Assembly: GCA_963921275.4 (NCBI GenBank)
Contig: OZ001293.3
Span: 1,824,001 to 1,888,000 of the forward strand
DNA from: an uncultured Hormoscilla sp.
GTDB lineage: Bacteria; Cyanobacteriota; Cyanobacteriia; Cyanobacteriales; Desertifilaceae
Length of the DNA stretch: 64,000 nucleotides
Direction: 5' to 3'
Of the stretch, positions 1 to 10,950 are shown one piece after another (positions within the stretch are counted from its first letter, which is position 1; every line of letters starts with the position of its first letter). The notes under the pieces are model-generated. The model ran no database searches. It had not been told where the DNA came from and saw only the letters and a program-made list of their open reading frames with translations. Made by a program: the position numbers and the translations under genes.

Positions 1-86
1 GTCATGCTGACAAGGTAAGAGTTAATGAAAATGGACAAATAGCATTAACTGGTTCTGGTATTTCAGGAAGACAAGAACCCTTTGCT

Positions 87-2217
87 GTGAGGGAAGTAGA
101 ATCGCGAAGAGTACCAGTCATCATGTCGGAGTTCCCGAAAAACATGGCTGACGATCCCGTTATGGATACAGAACTCCGCTCAGGTGGGAGGCGTTCTGAG
201 ATGACCAAACCATCTTCGGCAGAAATGAGTTCGCGCCCAAATAACATTAATAATCTAGACCGTAGCGCCCGTACAATTGATAGAGAACCTATTCTATTTA
301 TCCCAGACATGAGGGATTCAGATTACTTATTGAGGCAGGACAGAAGTATTAGCGATCGCATCCGTCCGAGGCAGCAGCATGAGAGAGGAGATCGACATCG
401 ACAAGGTGCTGGTTTGGGGATAACCAGACTACCAGAAATTATCGACGGCCAGATTAATATTCCTAAATTAGACCGTCACCCCCGTCAAATAAATAAACAA
501 CCTATCCCATTTTATGCGGAATCACTGCCATTTGAGGCAGTTGGTGACTTCATTAACCGCAATGCTAACGATGGAACAGTAGAATTAACGGCAATTCTCA
601 TAATCTTACCTAAATTATATTTCTTGGTCGAGGCGAACGAGATTGGTAATGTCGGCGAAATATTCAATCAATCTAATAGAGAAACTGTCCCATTTACTGC
701 CGATCGAGCGATATCATTGCCAAGACTTAACTTGAGCAACAGTCAGGTTAACAACGAGACAGTTTCTCTTCAATGATAATCAGGATTGACGGTTTCTAGG
801 ATACCCGAAATACTTGAATATGGAAGTGAAAATATTGTATTTTATAATGGCAGCAAAGTGACAAGCGTTGATAATCTAGACAATAGTTACCGTCAATTTA
901 ATGGAGAATTTGTCCCCTTTATCGTCAGAGGCTACCCCGCCACAGAAGCAACTGATCGGGCGTCTCTTAGGAATTCGGGCAAGCTGGCATCCAAAATTGA
1001 AGTGCGAGTGAGTGCTACAGAAATAAGCAATAGACTGAACCTCAGCAATCCTGAGATGGGAATAATGGAAATAGAAGGACTCTGGAGTAACCAATTCATG
1101 AATTACTTTGGAGAAAAGATTCCGGAAATAAAAACATATACCAGTATTAAAGAGATGCTGGGTAAAATAGAAAAGCAAACAGGACAAAAGCCAGCAATTG
1201 TTTATGCGATAGCCTCACCATAACAATTAACAATGATGGCAGTTTTTCCAGGCAAAACTATAGTCAAAAGCGTCCCAGTCAGAAAGAACTGCTCAGAACA
1301 GCAAGAGAATTTCGCACCTTGGTTAGCAATCCTCGGATCGAATTCTACAAGCAATCAGCCCATAAACTCTATAATTGGCTAATAAAACCCATAGAAAACC
1401 AGCTGCAAGCCGAAGGAATCAACACCCTAGTGTTCTCCCTAGATGCAGGATTACGCTCATTACCCTTAGCAGCTTTACATGATGGGCAAAAGTTTCTAGT
1501 AGAAAAATATAGCATCTCCCTGATACCATCAGTGAGTTTAACCGATGCTAGCTATAGCGGACTAGAAAATACCCAACTATTGGCAATGGGAGCATCAGAA
1601 TTTACCAACCAACAAACCCTGCCAGCAGTGCCAGTAAAATTAGCAGCGATCGCCTCCATCTGGCAAGAAGACAAAACCTATTTCCTCAACCAAGAATTCA
1701 CTCTCCCTAATCTTAAGGCTCAGCGCCGCCAACATCAGATCGTACATTTAGCAACCCATGCCGACTTTCGCGATCGGGACTATTCCTTCATCCAGTTGTG
1801 GGACACCAAGCTAAAATTAGAGCAACTCAGGGAATTAAAATGGCACGAAAGCTCAACAGTAGAACTATTAGTATTAAGTGTTTGCCGTACAGCAATTGGA
1901 GATGAAGAGACAGAATTAGGCTTTGCCGGGTTAGCAGTACAAGCAGGAGTAAAATCAGTGCTAGCCAGTTTATGGCTAGTCAGCGATGCAGGCACCCTAG
2001 GTTAATGACAGAATTTTACCAGCATCTGCGTTCCACACTCATCAAAGCCACCGCCCTACAGCAGGCGCAAATAGCCATGATCGGAGGAGAAGTGAAGCCT
2101 GGGTTCCAAAAAGACACCTTGCCACCAGAACTGGCAAGGCGTCTCGGGAATGAAAACATAGATTTATCCCATCCATCTTACTGGGCAGAATTTACGCTGA
2201 TTGGCAGCCCTTGGTGA
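87..2217 (+). pseudogene. CHAT-domain (caspase-like) protein, fragmented; the 5' end probably lies before the window
   Basis: Consecutive ORFs 87-776, 786-1223, 1319-2005 and 1972-2217 carry CHAT motifs (LYNWLIKP, LPLAALHDG, IVHLATHA, LLVLSVCRTA, HPSYWAEFTLIGSPW) and are split by stops and frameshifts. Confidence 0.8.
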
Positions 2218-2328
2218 CGGGATCCTGTCCAGATAAGTAACGGATGGGTATTTTTGCTCTCAAGCATAATCACCTGCTATAGCCGATGGTACTGACAACT
2301 CACAACTGACCACTAACAATTAACACCA

Positions 2329-5300
2329 TTAACTATTATACAGGTAGTCATCATCGAGGTAGTCATCATCTAGGTCCTCATCATCTAGATCCTCATCATC
2401 TAGGTCCTCATCATCTAGATCCTCATCATCTAGGTCCTCATCATCTAGGTCCTCATCATCTAGGTCCTCATCATCCTGGCGAGCAGTCACAAAATTAACC
2501 AGATTCCGTCCCGGCACCACAATCACCTTTTCCACAGACCGATCGGCGATATAATGCTGAGCAATTTCCGAGTCGCGGGCTAATTGTCCCAGAGATTCTT
2601 GATCGGAGTCAGCGGGAACCTGAATAGTGCCCCGGGTTTTGCCATCAATTTGAATCACCAGGGTAATTTCTTCAGCCACTAGAGCAGCTGGATCCAGAAC
2701 AGGCCATCTTTGTTGATGTACCGAGCCAGTGTATCCGATCGCCTGCCACAAATCCTCAACGATATGGGGAGCAAAAGGAGCCAAAAGCAAAATCAAAGTT
2801 TTAATCCCTTCCGCATAAGAAGGAGATAATTTACACTTAGCGTCCGCCAGAGCATTAGACAGCTTCATCAGTTCAGAGATCGCAGTATTAAATTGGTAGC
2901 CACCCTGTAAATCTTTTGTGACCTCATCAATTGTCTTATGAACTGTCCGTCGCAAAACCTTAGCCTCAGGCACCACATCATCTAGCCAAACCAACACCCT
3001 TTTGAGCTGTTCGCGATTATTTGGGTGAGTTCCTGGCAGAGATAATTTTGCTTCCATTGCTGCCTTCACTTGAGGCACAGAATAGACCTTCACCCCACCT
3101 TTAAGAATAGAAGTTGGCAGTTTCCGCACCATCTCCTTAATCAAAGCCTCAGATAACCCCAAAGACCTCAATTGAGGTTGAGTCACCCGCTCAGTAGATT
3201 TTAGTTCTCCCTTCCGCTTCTGGACTTCATGAACCAAAGACTCCAGCAAATAGTCAGGAAAACCAAGAGTTTTCAAATGACTTCGGATCCATTCTTCCGT
3301 TTCCTCCTGGGACTCAGACAGTTCAGATCTCTCCCGATCGCGCAACTCCTTCAATTCTGCCACCAAACGCCAGACGCGATTCAGAAAGCGGAATTGACCT
3401 TCTACATCTGCATCATCCCACTCTAAATCTTTTTCCGGCGGAGCCTTAAAGAGGATAAACATGCGGGTAGTATCTGCACCATACTTATTAACCACCACCT
3501 CCGGTTCCACACCGTTATACTTGGACTTGGACATAGTCTTGTAGGAAAGTTCCAGGGGTTCTCCCGTATCCGCATCCTTAGGACGATCGGGATCTGAAGC
3601 ATCTACCTGATCGACAGGAATCCACTTTCCCGTTCTCGGGTTCTGGTAACTTAAACCCTGAACCATTCCCTGAGTTAACAGACGAGAGAATGGTTCGTCG
3701 AAATTGAGTAATCCCCGATCGCGCAGCACCTTAGTAAAGAACCGCGAGTAAAGCAAATGCAAAATCGCGTGTTCAATCCCGCCTACATACTGATCGACAG
3801 GCATCCAATCATTATTTTTGGTAGAGTCAAACACCTGCTCGTCATTTTTAGCATCAGGAAAGCGCAAGAAATACCACGACGAATCAACAAATGTATCCAT
3901 CGTATCTGTTTCCCGCTTTGCTGGAGAACCACAAGTAGGACAATCTACATTTACCCACTCTTGAAGTAGAGATAAAGGAGAACCGCCCTTACCCGTCAAC
4001 TGGATATCGATCGGCAATCTCACTGGCAAATCTGATTCTGGCACGGGCACTACACCACAGTTGGGGCAATGAATTGCCGGAATAGGCACGCCCCAGTAAC
4101 GTTGGCGAGAAATTAACCAATCCCTGAGCCGATAATTTACTTGCGCCTTACCAATCCCCCGTTTTTCCGCCAATTCAATCACTGCCTGTTTCCCAGCGGC
4201 AGAAGCCATCCCATTGAACTGACCAGAATTGACCATAAAACCCGGGTCCGTGAAAGCCGCCGACAACGGTTGAGGTTGCATGTCTCGTTCCGGCATGATT
4301 ACCACCTCGATCGGCAAATTATTTTCCGAGGCGAATTTAAAATCTCGGGTATCATGGGCTGGCACGCCCATCACCGCACCGGTCCCATACTCATATAACA
4401 CGTAATCAGCAATCCAGATGGGGATTTCCTCACCGCTAAAGGGATTAATCGCCTTGCCCCCGGTGGGGATACCCCGTTTCGGCTTATCCGTTGCCGTGCG
4501 ATCGATTTCTCCCAAGGAGGCCATTTCTGTCACGAAAGCTTCCACGGCCTCCAACTGGTCAGGACTGGTCACCGCCTGGGTGAGAGGATGTTCCGGCGCC
4601 AGGACAAGGTAAGTAGCCCCGTAAATCGTATCCGGACGAGTGGTGAACACCGTAACTTTCTGATTGGACCCCACCACTTCAAAAGACAGGGTTACCCCCA
4701 CCGATTTACCAATCCAGTTAGCCTGCATCAGCTTCACCCGCTCTGGCCAATCGGTCAATTTCTCCAAATCCTTGAGCAGTTGTTCGGCATAGTCAGTAAT
4801 TTTGAGGAACCACTGCCGCAACATTTTGCGCTCCACCTTAGCGCCAGAACGCCAGGATCGCCCCTCGCTATCCACCTGCTCGTTTGCCAACACTGTCCGA
4901 TCGATCGGATCCCAATTAACCGCCGCCTCCTTCTGGTAAGCCAGGCCCGCGTCTAAAAATTGCAAGAAAATCCACTGAGTCCACTTGTAATATTCCGGCG
5001 AACAGGTAGAAAGTTCGCAATTCCAATCGTAAGAAAGCCCTAAGCGCTGTAACTCCGACTTCATCTGAGCGATATTGGAATCAGTCCACTGGGCAGGATG
5101 GATGCCACGGGCGATCGCCGCATTTTCAGCCGGTAGCCCAAAGGCATCCCAACCCATTGGATGCAGTACCCGATCGCCTTGCATGCGACGCATCCTGGCA
5201 ATCACATCCGTAATCGTGTAGTTACGGACATGTCCCATGTGCAGATTCCCCGATGGATAGGGGAACATAGATAGGGCATAGAATTTGGGTATCTTGGTAT

Positions 5301-5385
5301 CCGTGTCCGTTTGGTATAAACCTTGTTGTAGCCAAGTTTTTTGCCACTTTTCCTCTATAGATGCTGGATTGTATTGAGATTCCAC
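2329..5385 (-). CDS. leuS: Leucine--tRNA ligase with an internal insertion and an acidic repeat tail
   Basis: [13 protein letters not shown] (HIGH) and TMSKS (KMSKS) motifs, CP1 editing domain ([12 protein letters not shown]), [10 protein letters not shown]. Confidence 0.97.
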   Translation of the reverse strand: MESQYNPASIEEKWQKTWLQQGLYQTDTDTKIPKFYALSMFPYPSGNLHMGHVRNYTITDVIARMRRMQGDRVLHPMGWDAFGLPAENAAIARGIHPAQWTDSNIAQMKSELQRLGLSYDWNCELSTCSPEYYKWTQWIFLQFLDAGLAYQKEAAVNWDPIDRTVLANEQVDSEGRSWRSGAKVERKMLRQWFLKITDYAEQLLKDLEKLTDWPERVKLMQANWIGKSVGVTLSFEVVGSNQKVTVFTTRPDTIYGATYLVLAPEHPLTQAVTSPDQLEAVEAFVTEMASLGEIDRTATDKPKRGIPTGGKAINPFSGEEIPIWIADYVLYEYGTGAVMGVPAHDTRDFKFASENNLPIEVVIMPERDMQPQPLSAAFTDPGFMVNSGQFNGMASAAGKQAVIELAEKRGIGKAQVNYRLRDWLISRQRYWGVPIPAIHCPNCGVVPVPESDLPVRLPIDIQLTGKGGSPLSLLQEWVNVDCPTCGSPAKRETDTMDTFVDSSWYFLRFPDAKNDEQVFDSTKNNDWMPVDQYVGGIEHAILHLLYSRFFTKVLRDRGLLNFDEPFSRLLTQGMVQGLSYQNPRTGKWIPVDQVDASDPDRPKDADTGEPLELSYKTMSKSKYNGVEPEVVVNKYGADTTRMFILFKAPPEKDLEWDDADVEGQFRFLNRVWRLVAELKELRDRERSELSESQEETEEWIRSHLKTLGFPDYLLESLVHEVQKRKGELKSTERVTQPQLRSLGLSEALIKEMVRKLPTSILKGGVKVYSVPQVKAAMEAKLSLPGTHPNNREQLKRVLVWLDDVVPEAKVLRRTVHKTIDEVTKDLQGGYQFNTAISELMKLSNALADAKCKLSPSYAEGIKTLILLLAPFAPHIVEDLWQAIGYTGSVHQQRWPVLDPAALVAEEITLVIQIDGKTRGTIQVPADSDQESLGQLARDSEIAQHYIADRSVEKVIVVPGRNLVNFVTARQDDEDLDDEDLDDEDLDDEDLDDEDLDDEDLDDEDLDDDYLDDDYLYNS
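2341..2475 (-). repeat. Coding 15-nt tandem repeat x9, (DDEDL)7(DDDYL)2
   Basis: TAG(G/A)TCCTCATCATC units read directly at the 3' end of leuS. Confidence 0.95.
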
Positions 5386-5658
5386 TCTTCAAACTCCTAC
5401 GCGATCGTCTGGTGTTTCCATATTTTGACCTACTCGCAGCCAGTTGAGTTTGAGTATACCAGACCTCAAACTAGATGCACCGCTGGTGGTGTCCCTTGAT
5501 GGGATTATGAAATCTAAATCATAGCATCAAGTTACACCGCCTGCTGCCACTGCGGACTGTTTGCTGATTTTAACCGCTCACACCACATATGCCAACTTGG
5601 GACCACAGTCATGCTGTGGCCTCCAGAAGAGCCGCACAGTTCGGACGAACCTCGGTCA

Positions 5659-5725
5659 AGAAACCGGGTTTCTGTAGCCAGAGCATTGATATCTCTAACA
5701 TAACTACAGTAGAAACCCGGTTTCT
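5659..5725. repeat. AGAAACCGGGTTTCT...AGAAACCCGGTTTCT dispersed palindromic repeat
   Basis: Related copies near 45825, 54720, 55547, 56798, 56997, 58199 and 60376. Confidence 0.8.
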
Positions 5726-6039
5726 GAGAATACTTGACCGATGCCCTAGTGGTCAGAGCCTAATTATCATAGAATACAGATTACCGGTTAGCCAACATGA
5801 TCGAGGGAAATCCGACTACCGGATGAGCGCGAGCATCAGATCTCTGGGATCCTACTAGCTACCGATGATTACCTTTGTATCTTCTTATATTACACTTAAT
5901 ATACTGGTCATTTTCTTCATCCCAGTGGTGAAAACCATCCGAAATATATTCTTGACTAAATAATTTCTCAATTGTTTAATCAACATCACACATCTTCTTG
6001 GGTTTTCGCTTCCGGAATTGGGGGATCCTGCGATGTTGA

Positions 6040-6474
6040 ATGATTCCGGAATTGGGGGATCCCGCGATGTTGAATGATTTAAGATTTTTTGTCTACGGCA
6101 CTCTGAAATCGGGGGAAGTCAACTACGAGCGCTATTGTGCAGGCAAGGTAGTAGCATCTCAAAGGGCGATCGCGATGGGCCTTCTATTTGCCTTACCGAG
6201 GGGCTATCCTGCCATGACCCCTGGAAATCAACATGTCCATGGCTTTTTACTCACCTTTAGGGATCCAACTATTTTAGCTACCCTCGACCAGCTGGAAGGT
6301 TATCACGGTAGCGATCGCCCCGATCGAGTTAATCTATATAACCGACACAAAATCCCAGTTTTCCAATCGGACGGCCTATCTTTAGGGTTAGCCTGGGCCT
6401 ACTTAATGACCCCAGAACAAGTGCAACAGTTCGGAGGTGATCTGCTGCTGGACGGGTGTTGGACCAGTATTTGA
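6040..6474 (+). CDS. Gamma-glutamylcyclotransferase (AIG2-like) family protein
   Basis: FFVYGTLK, GYPAM and LDQLEGY motifs. A ~34-bp direct duplication at 6010-6077 makes the start uncertain. Confidence 0.85.
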   Translation: MIPELGDPAMLNDLRFFVYGTLKSGEVNYERYCAGKVVASQRAIAMGLLFALPRGYPAMTPGNQHVHGFLLTFRDPTILATLDQLEGYHGSDRPDRVNLYNRHKIPVFQSDGLSLGLAWAYLMTPEQVQQFGGDLLLDGCWTSI

Positions 6475-6481
6475 TCTCTGT

Positions 6482-6976
6482 TTAGGGAGCTGTTACTGGT
6501 TTTTTGGGGATTTTCACCACCGGTTGATCCAGGGCCATTCTGATCGGGGCTACAGCTGCCTGTTGGGGAGAGCTGATTGGAGATATTTTATGTTGGGGAG
6601 CTTGCACCAATTTTGGTACCAAGTTGTCACCACCTGATAATACGCTGGATATCGCGGCAATGAACATAGCGGCGGTCGCACCTGCGCCACTCCATATCAA
6701 AATCAGCCGCCTCGAATGCTTTTCTTTCTTGTCCAACCGCGAGAATACTGCATCTATCGTCTGTTCCACTGACACTGTTGCCGGTGTTACTGGCATCAGG
6801 TCGAATCCTTGGTGGAGTTTCAACAACCGTTCATACAGAGCTTGCACTTCTGGCTCATTATCTAGCCATGCTTCTACTTGCCTGCGCTCGTCAGCGGTCA
6901 CCTCACCATCTAGGTAAGCGCTGATTAACTCAAAGCGATCGCGCTTTATCATTAGAGGATCTAAGTTAGGATTCAT
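6482..6976 (-). CDS. Membrane anti-sigma factor
   Basis: RFELISAYLDGE motif plus one transmembrane segment; lies directly downstream of an ECF sigma factor. Confidence 0.85.
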   Translation of the reverse strand: MNPNLDPLMIKRDRFELISAYLDGEVTADERRQVEAWLDNEPEVQALYERLLKLHQGFDLMPVTPATVSVEQTIDAVFSRLDKKEKHSRRLILIWSGAGATAAMFIAAISSVLSGGDNLVPKLVQAPQHKISPISSPQQAAVAPIRMALDQPVVKIPKKPVTAP

Positions 6977-7149
6977 TTTCTGGTCACCACCTTCTTTACA
7001 AATAGGGAGCACACCCACTCTAACTTAACAACTGTAGTTATTTTACCCTAATAGCCACATATCATACAACAGCTATGAGGGGAGTTCGGTGAATTTCGAT
7101 TTTTCGCGTAGCGTTCGTAACTGATGATCTCGGATTTAGCCCTAAGAGA

Positions 7150-7809
7150 TCACTTGCTGTCCAGATAATTTTGCAATTGCAGTTGCAAGCGCTGACGAGC
7201 TCTGGCAATGCGCGATTTCACCGTTCCCAGAGACACCCCTGTGATTTCGGCAATTTCCTCATAGCTGCGACCATCGATTTCTCTAAGCACGATCGTGGTT
7301 CTAAAAGCCTCTGGCAAATCGGCGATCGCCGCATGCAGTTGTTCGTAGAACTCAGCTGTGGTCAGATTTTCTTCCGGTCCTGGATCCGGGCTAGCTATTT
7401 CCCAGTCCATCTCGCCATCATCTAATAATCGGGGAGCATCCAGGGATAGGGGCGGTCGCATCCGCTTGCGTTTACGCAATTCATCGTAAAACAGGTTAGT
7501 AGCGATCCGACTCAGCCAGCTGCGGAACTTGACTGGATCTTGCAATCGCTTAATATGGCCATAAACTCTAATCCACACTTCTTGAGCCAAGTCTGCCCGA
7601 TCGGTCCAATCGGGAGCCAAGTGATACAATACCCTGTCTATATGGGACTGATACCGCCGCACTAATTCAGCGAAGGCCGATCTATCGGGCCTTAGACTGG
7701 CCTGGCATTTTAAGATCAAGTCGTAGTTTGAAAGTTTTTCGGGTTGCACGGGTGTTTCTTGGACTGCTGCCCCCACCGTTGACCAGGATATAGTAAGTGA
7801 TTGATTTAT
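7150..7809 (-). CDS. sigG: ECF RNA polymerase sigma factor (cyanobacterial SigG type)
   Basis: DLAQEVWIRVY, FRSWLSRIATNLFYDELRK and GTVKSRIARAR motifs; paired with an anti-sigma gene. The start may be 7809 (ATA) or 7776 (GTG). Confidence 0.85.
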   Translation of the reverse strand: MNQSLTISWSTVGAAVQETPVQPEKLSNYDLILKCQASLRPDRSAFAELVRRYQSHIDRVLYHLAPDWTDRADLAQEVWIRVYGHIKRLQDPVKFRSWLSRIATNLFYDELRKRKRMRPPLSLDAPRLLDDGEMDWEIASPDPGPEENLTTAEFYEQLHAAIADLPEAFRTTIVLREIDGRSYEEIAEITGVSLGTVKSRIARARQRLQLQLQNYLDSK

Positions 7810-7975
7810 GAAATTAATGGGCTTGTGTACTTCAATAATGGTGACCCCGCTTAAATGAAGCAGGTTCCCTGCCCATGATTCACGATTTCAATCAGTTTAG
7901 CGCAAATTTTCCCTACATCCCCAAGCCAAAGTGGGCTAGTGGCCATACCTTGGCCAAATCGGAGAGTCAACCGAT

Positions 7976-8668
7976 CTATTTTTGCTCATACTTCTTGGCG
8001 TTGCTTTTGAGCAAGGAGTTAACTTGTGAGAGGACTTCATCGCTCGAACTTTTACCGAATATTTGGCGTTCGGGAAAGAATTCCGGTCTATCCAGGTAAC
8101 GGGCGATCGCCTCACCTACTTGCTGGGAAATCAAACTTATGAGTTCGGACTTGGCACGCTGGCGCTGGTAGCTAGCACCTTCTTCAGTTGTAGCATATAG
8201 GGGAGGCAGCCGGTTAAGAGCATAGGCAGCAATATCTCCCAGGTCCAGGGTGCAGTCGCTGGTCGCCTCAATTTCCGCTACTCGTGATATTGCTTCTGTC
8301 AGCACCAATTCTTCCATGACGTTAATGAACTGTTTGCGTGGGACTGCCACCACTTCACCAGTCAGAAGTGCCTCCATTAACCTGTCCAACGCCATATAAG
8401 TACATAGGCAAAACTATTTTGATATTTTTTCCAGCCGTCAATTTCCGGGAAGTTAAATCCCTGAAAGCCTTATGATATATGGCTTGAGCGCCCTAATCAC
8501 CCTGCCGGTTAGCGCTTTTCCACAAATATAAAAATAATTTTGCACAACTACTTACTCTTCGATCGACAGTTCCGAGGCCGTGTCACAAATCCGTCCCACC
8601 TCTGCTTCCATTGCTGGCGTCAGATAACCGTCCTGTACTGCCTGTTCGACAATTTTTTGGATACTCAT
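7976..8668 (-). pseudogene. ComFB-family (late competence development) protein interrupted by a MITE
   Basis: MSIQKIVEQAVQDGYLTPAMEAEVGRICDTASELSIEE (8668-8555) joins YMALDRLM...DIAAYALNRLPPLY in frame once 8399-8552 and one TA are removed. Confidence 0.85.
8399..8552. mobile_element. 154-bp MITE with TA target duplication (IS630-type ends)
   Basis: Imperfect TIRs AGTACATAGGCAAAACTATTTT / AAAATAATTTTGCACAACTACT; TA at 8397-98 and 8553-54; removal restores the host frame. Confidence 0.85.
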
Positions 8669-8741
8669 TACCCCTGTTTTACTCTCCACGGCCTCATTTT
8701 ATTATCGAGCGTCAGCTAATTCATCAACTACATATCAATCC

Positions 8742-9665
8742 CTATTCCAAGCCTTGATATCGCCAAGGTACTGGATCCACTGACTTCCCGTGGACATACA
8801 GACCCCAGTGCAGATGAGGACCCGTTGACGCTCCTGTTGCACCCACTCCCCCGATTACTTGACCTGCTTGTACCATGTCTCCCTCTTTCACGTCAACCCT
8901 ATTTAAGTGCATAAATATACTCAATACTCCTTGACCATGATCGATGCCCACCGTATTGCCGTGGATCTCAAATCCATTTGATTCTAGTCCCACCAAGGCC
9001 ACTCTTCCAGCTGCTGGTGCCAATACTGGCGACCCCGTCTCACCGGCGTAATCTACCCCGCGATGGTAATAGTTGAAGGCAAATTCCCCGTTGTAGTACC
9101 GGCGGACTCCGAAAACCGTTGTCACTGGGCCCTGATGAGGTCGTCCGAAGGGACCGTTCCAGAATTTTTGCGGGGTGACCAGTTCCTTGAAGGCAGCTAC
9201 CCGATCGAATTCATAATCGGTGCCTTCCAGAGAGTCTTTGTCTGGAGGAAGCCAGATGCTTTGGATGGGGAAAGTGCGATCGCTCATCCAAACGGCTATG
9301 TTACGCACCTCCCCTTCTCCAAACACCTGGAAAACCAAACGTCCGGGTCTGTCTAAGGGGGTTGAAGGCAGCAAAGCCCGAAAGCGATTCGGTCCTACCA
9401 TAAAGGTTGGGTAGGTATTCTGTCCCATTCTCACAGTGGGGCTGTCCCCAACTGCCGGATTATCTAACTCCACCACCACCGACAAGGTCTCCCCGATGCG
9501 GGGATTATCTGGTCTCACCCGCACCTGTAAAGCTTCCACCGGAGCGCTAAAGGCGGCCCAAGCCAAAAGACCCAGGGCCAAAGACTGAACTTTTGCCAAT
9601 GCCTGGCGGCGGCAGTTGGCACCAGTGGGCGATATAAATGGCTTAGTTGAAAACACAGTTGTCAT
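8742..9665 (-). CDS. M23 family metallopeptidase
   Basis: HRGVD and TGPHLHW zinc motifs; signal-peptide-like N-terminus. Confidence 0.92.
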   Translation of the reverse strand: MTTVFSTKPFISPTGANCRRQALAKVQSLALGLLAWAAFSAPVEALQVRVRPDNPRIGETLSVVVELDNPAVGDSPTVRMGQNTYPTFMVGPNRFRALLPSTPLDRPGRLVFQVFGEGEVRNIAVWMSDRTFPIQSIWLPPDKDSLEGTDYEFDRVAAFKELVTPQKFWNGPFGRPHQGPVTTVFGVRRYYNGEFAFNYYHRGVDYAGETGSPVLAPAAGRVALVGLESNGFEIHGNTVGIDHGQGVLSIFMHLNRVDVKEGDMVQAGQVIGGVGATGASTGPHLHWGLYVHGKSVDPVPWRYQGLE

Positions 9666-9785
9666 TTTCGGTTTTGCTTCTGTTGCTACTGGCAGTTAGA
9701 CTAGACTCTGGAATCTGCTAGTTCCCTCTCTACCTTACCTCCCCATATTGCTAGTGTTAGCATATGAACCGGTGGTAAGAAGCGG

Positions 9786-9998
9786 TTAAGTTTTGGGTTT
9801 GAGGTAGACAACTGCCTGACGCCAAACGATGGTGGGCTGATCGTAATGATCTATCAAGCAGATACAATCTGGATCCTGCCAGCGAATTTTCCCGACTAGC
9901 AGATCGTCGGTGACCAGTTTAAGCTCGACCTCGTTTTTTTCTTGAATCAGATTTTGAATTTGACGAATGCTGGGCATCGTCGTATCGAATTCAGACAT
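9786..9998 (-). CDS. hfq: Cyanobacterial Hfq-like protein
   Basis: 70 aa, MSEFDTTMPSIRQIQ...GKIRWQD pattern; divergent from dapF. Confidence 0.88.
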   Translation of the reverse strand: MSEFDTTMPSIRQIQNLIQEKNEVELKLVTDDLLVGKIRWQDPDCICLIDHYDQPTIVWRQAVVYLKPKT

Positions 9999-10113
9999 AA
10001 TTGTAGTGGGTACGTGCCGCTATAATTGTAAAGCTTTACCCATTTAATCATTAAGCATTGTACCTACCCACCCCACTATCATAACCCCCGAAGAGTAGGA
10101 GGATTGGCATTAA

Positions 10114-10950
10114 ATGACAATTGAGTTTACTAAGTATCACGGACTGGGCAATGACTTTATTCTGATTGACAATCGGGCCTCGTCGTCACCCTTGATTACG
10201 CCGTCGGTAGCAGTAACATTGTGCGATCGCCATTTTGGCATTGGGGCAGACGGGGTGATCTTTGCCCTGCCCGGACTTGCAGACACTGACTATAGCATGC
10301 GGATTTTTAACTCAGATGGTTCGGAACCAGAAATGTGCGGCAATGGGATTCGCTGTTTAGCCCGGTTTATTGCCGATTTAGAGCCAGACGGCCGCAGTCA
10401 ATACCGGATTCACACTCCCGCTGGGGTCATGATACCTCAACTGACAGCATCCGGTCAAGTAACTGTTGATATGGGCATGCCCAAGCTGCTGGCGTCCGAA
10501 ATTTCGACTACATTAGCTGCTGCTGACCAAAAGGCGATCGAAAAGACCATAGAAGTAGGGGGGCAATCTTGGCTCGTCACTTGTGTGAGCATGGGCAATT
10601 CTCACTGTGTTACCTTTGTAGAGGATGTGGCAGCGATCGACCTGGAAACCATTGGTCGGCAGTTTGAACATCATACTGCATTTCCCCAGCGTATAAATAC
10701 GGAATTTATCCAAGTAATCAATTCAAACTCAATGAAAATGCGGGTGTGGGAACGGGGAGCAGGTGCTACTCTGGCTTGTGGAACGGGTGCTTGTGCAGCA
10801 GTAGTAGCGGGGGTGCTGACCGGAAAGTGCGATCGGCGCACTCAAGTTGAACTGCCCGGCGGTTGCCTGGAAATAGAATGGGCAACAGCAGGCAGGGTTT
10901 ACATGACTGGCCCTGCTGAGCGAGTGTTCTCTGGCAGAATAGATTTATGA
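10114..10950 (+). CDS. dapF: Diaminopimelate epimerase
   Basis: [18 protein letters not shown] and [13 protein letters not shown] motifs. Confidence 0.97.
   Translation: MTIEFTKYHGLGNDFILIDNRASSSPLITPSVAVTLCDRHFGIGADGVIFALPGLADTDYSMRIFNSDGSEPEMCGNGIRCLARFIADLEPDGRSQYRIHTPAGVMIPQLTASGQVTVDMGMPKLLASEISTTLAAADQKAIEKTIEVGGQSWLVTCVSMGNSHCVTFVEDVAAIDLETIGRQFEHHTAFPQRINTEFIQVINSNSMKMRVWERGAGATLACGTGACAAVVAGVLTGKCDRRTQVELPGGCLEIEWATAGRVYMTGPAERVFSGRIDL

Noticed and set aside
2970..3350. Intein or CAAD domain in LeuRS
   Set aside because: There are no C/S...HN intein termini and no transmembrane helices.
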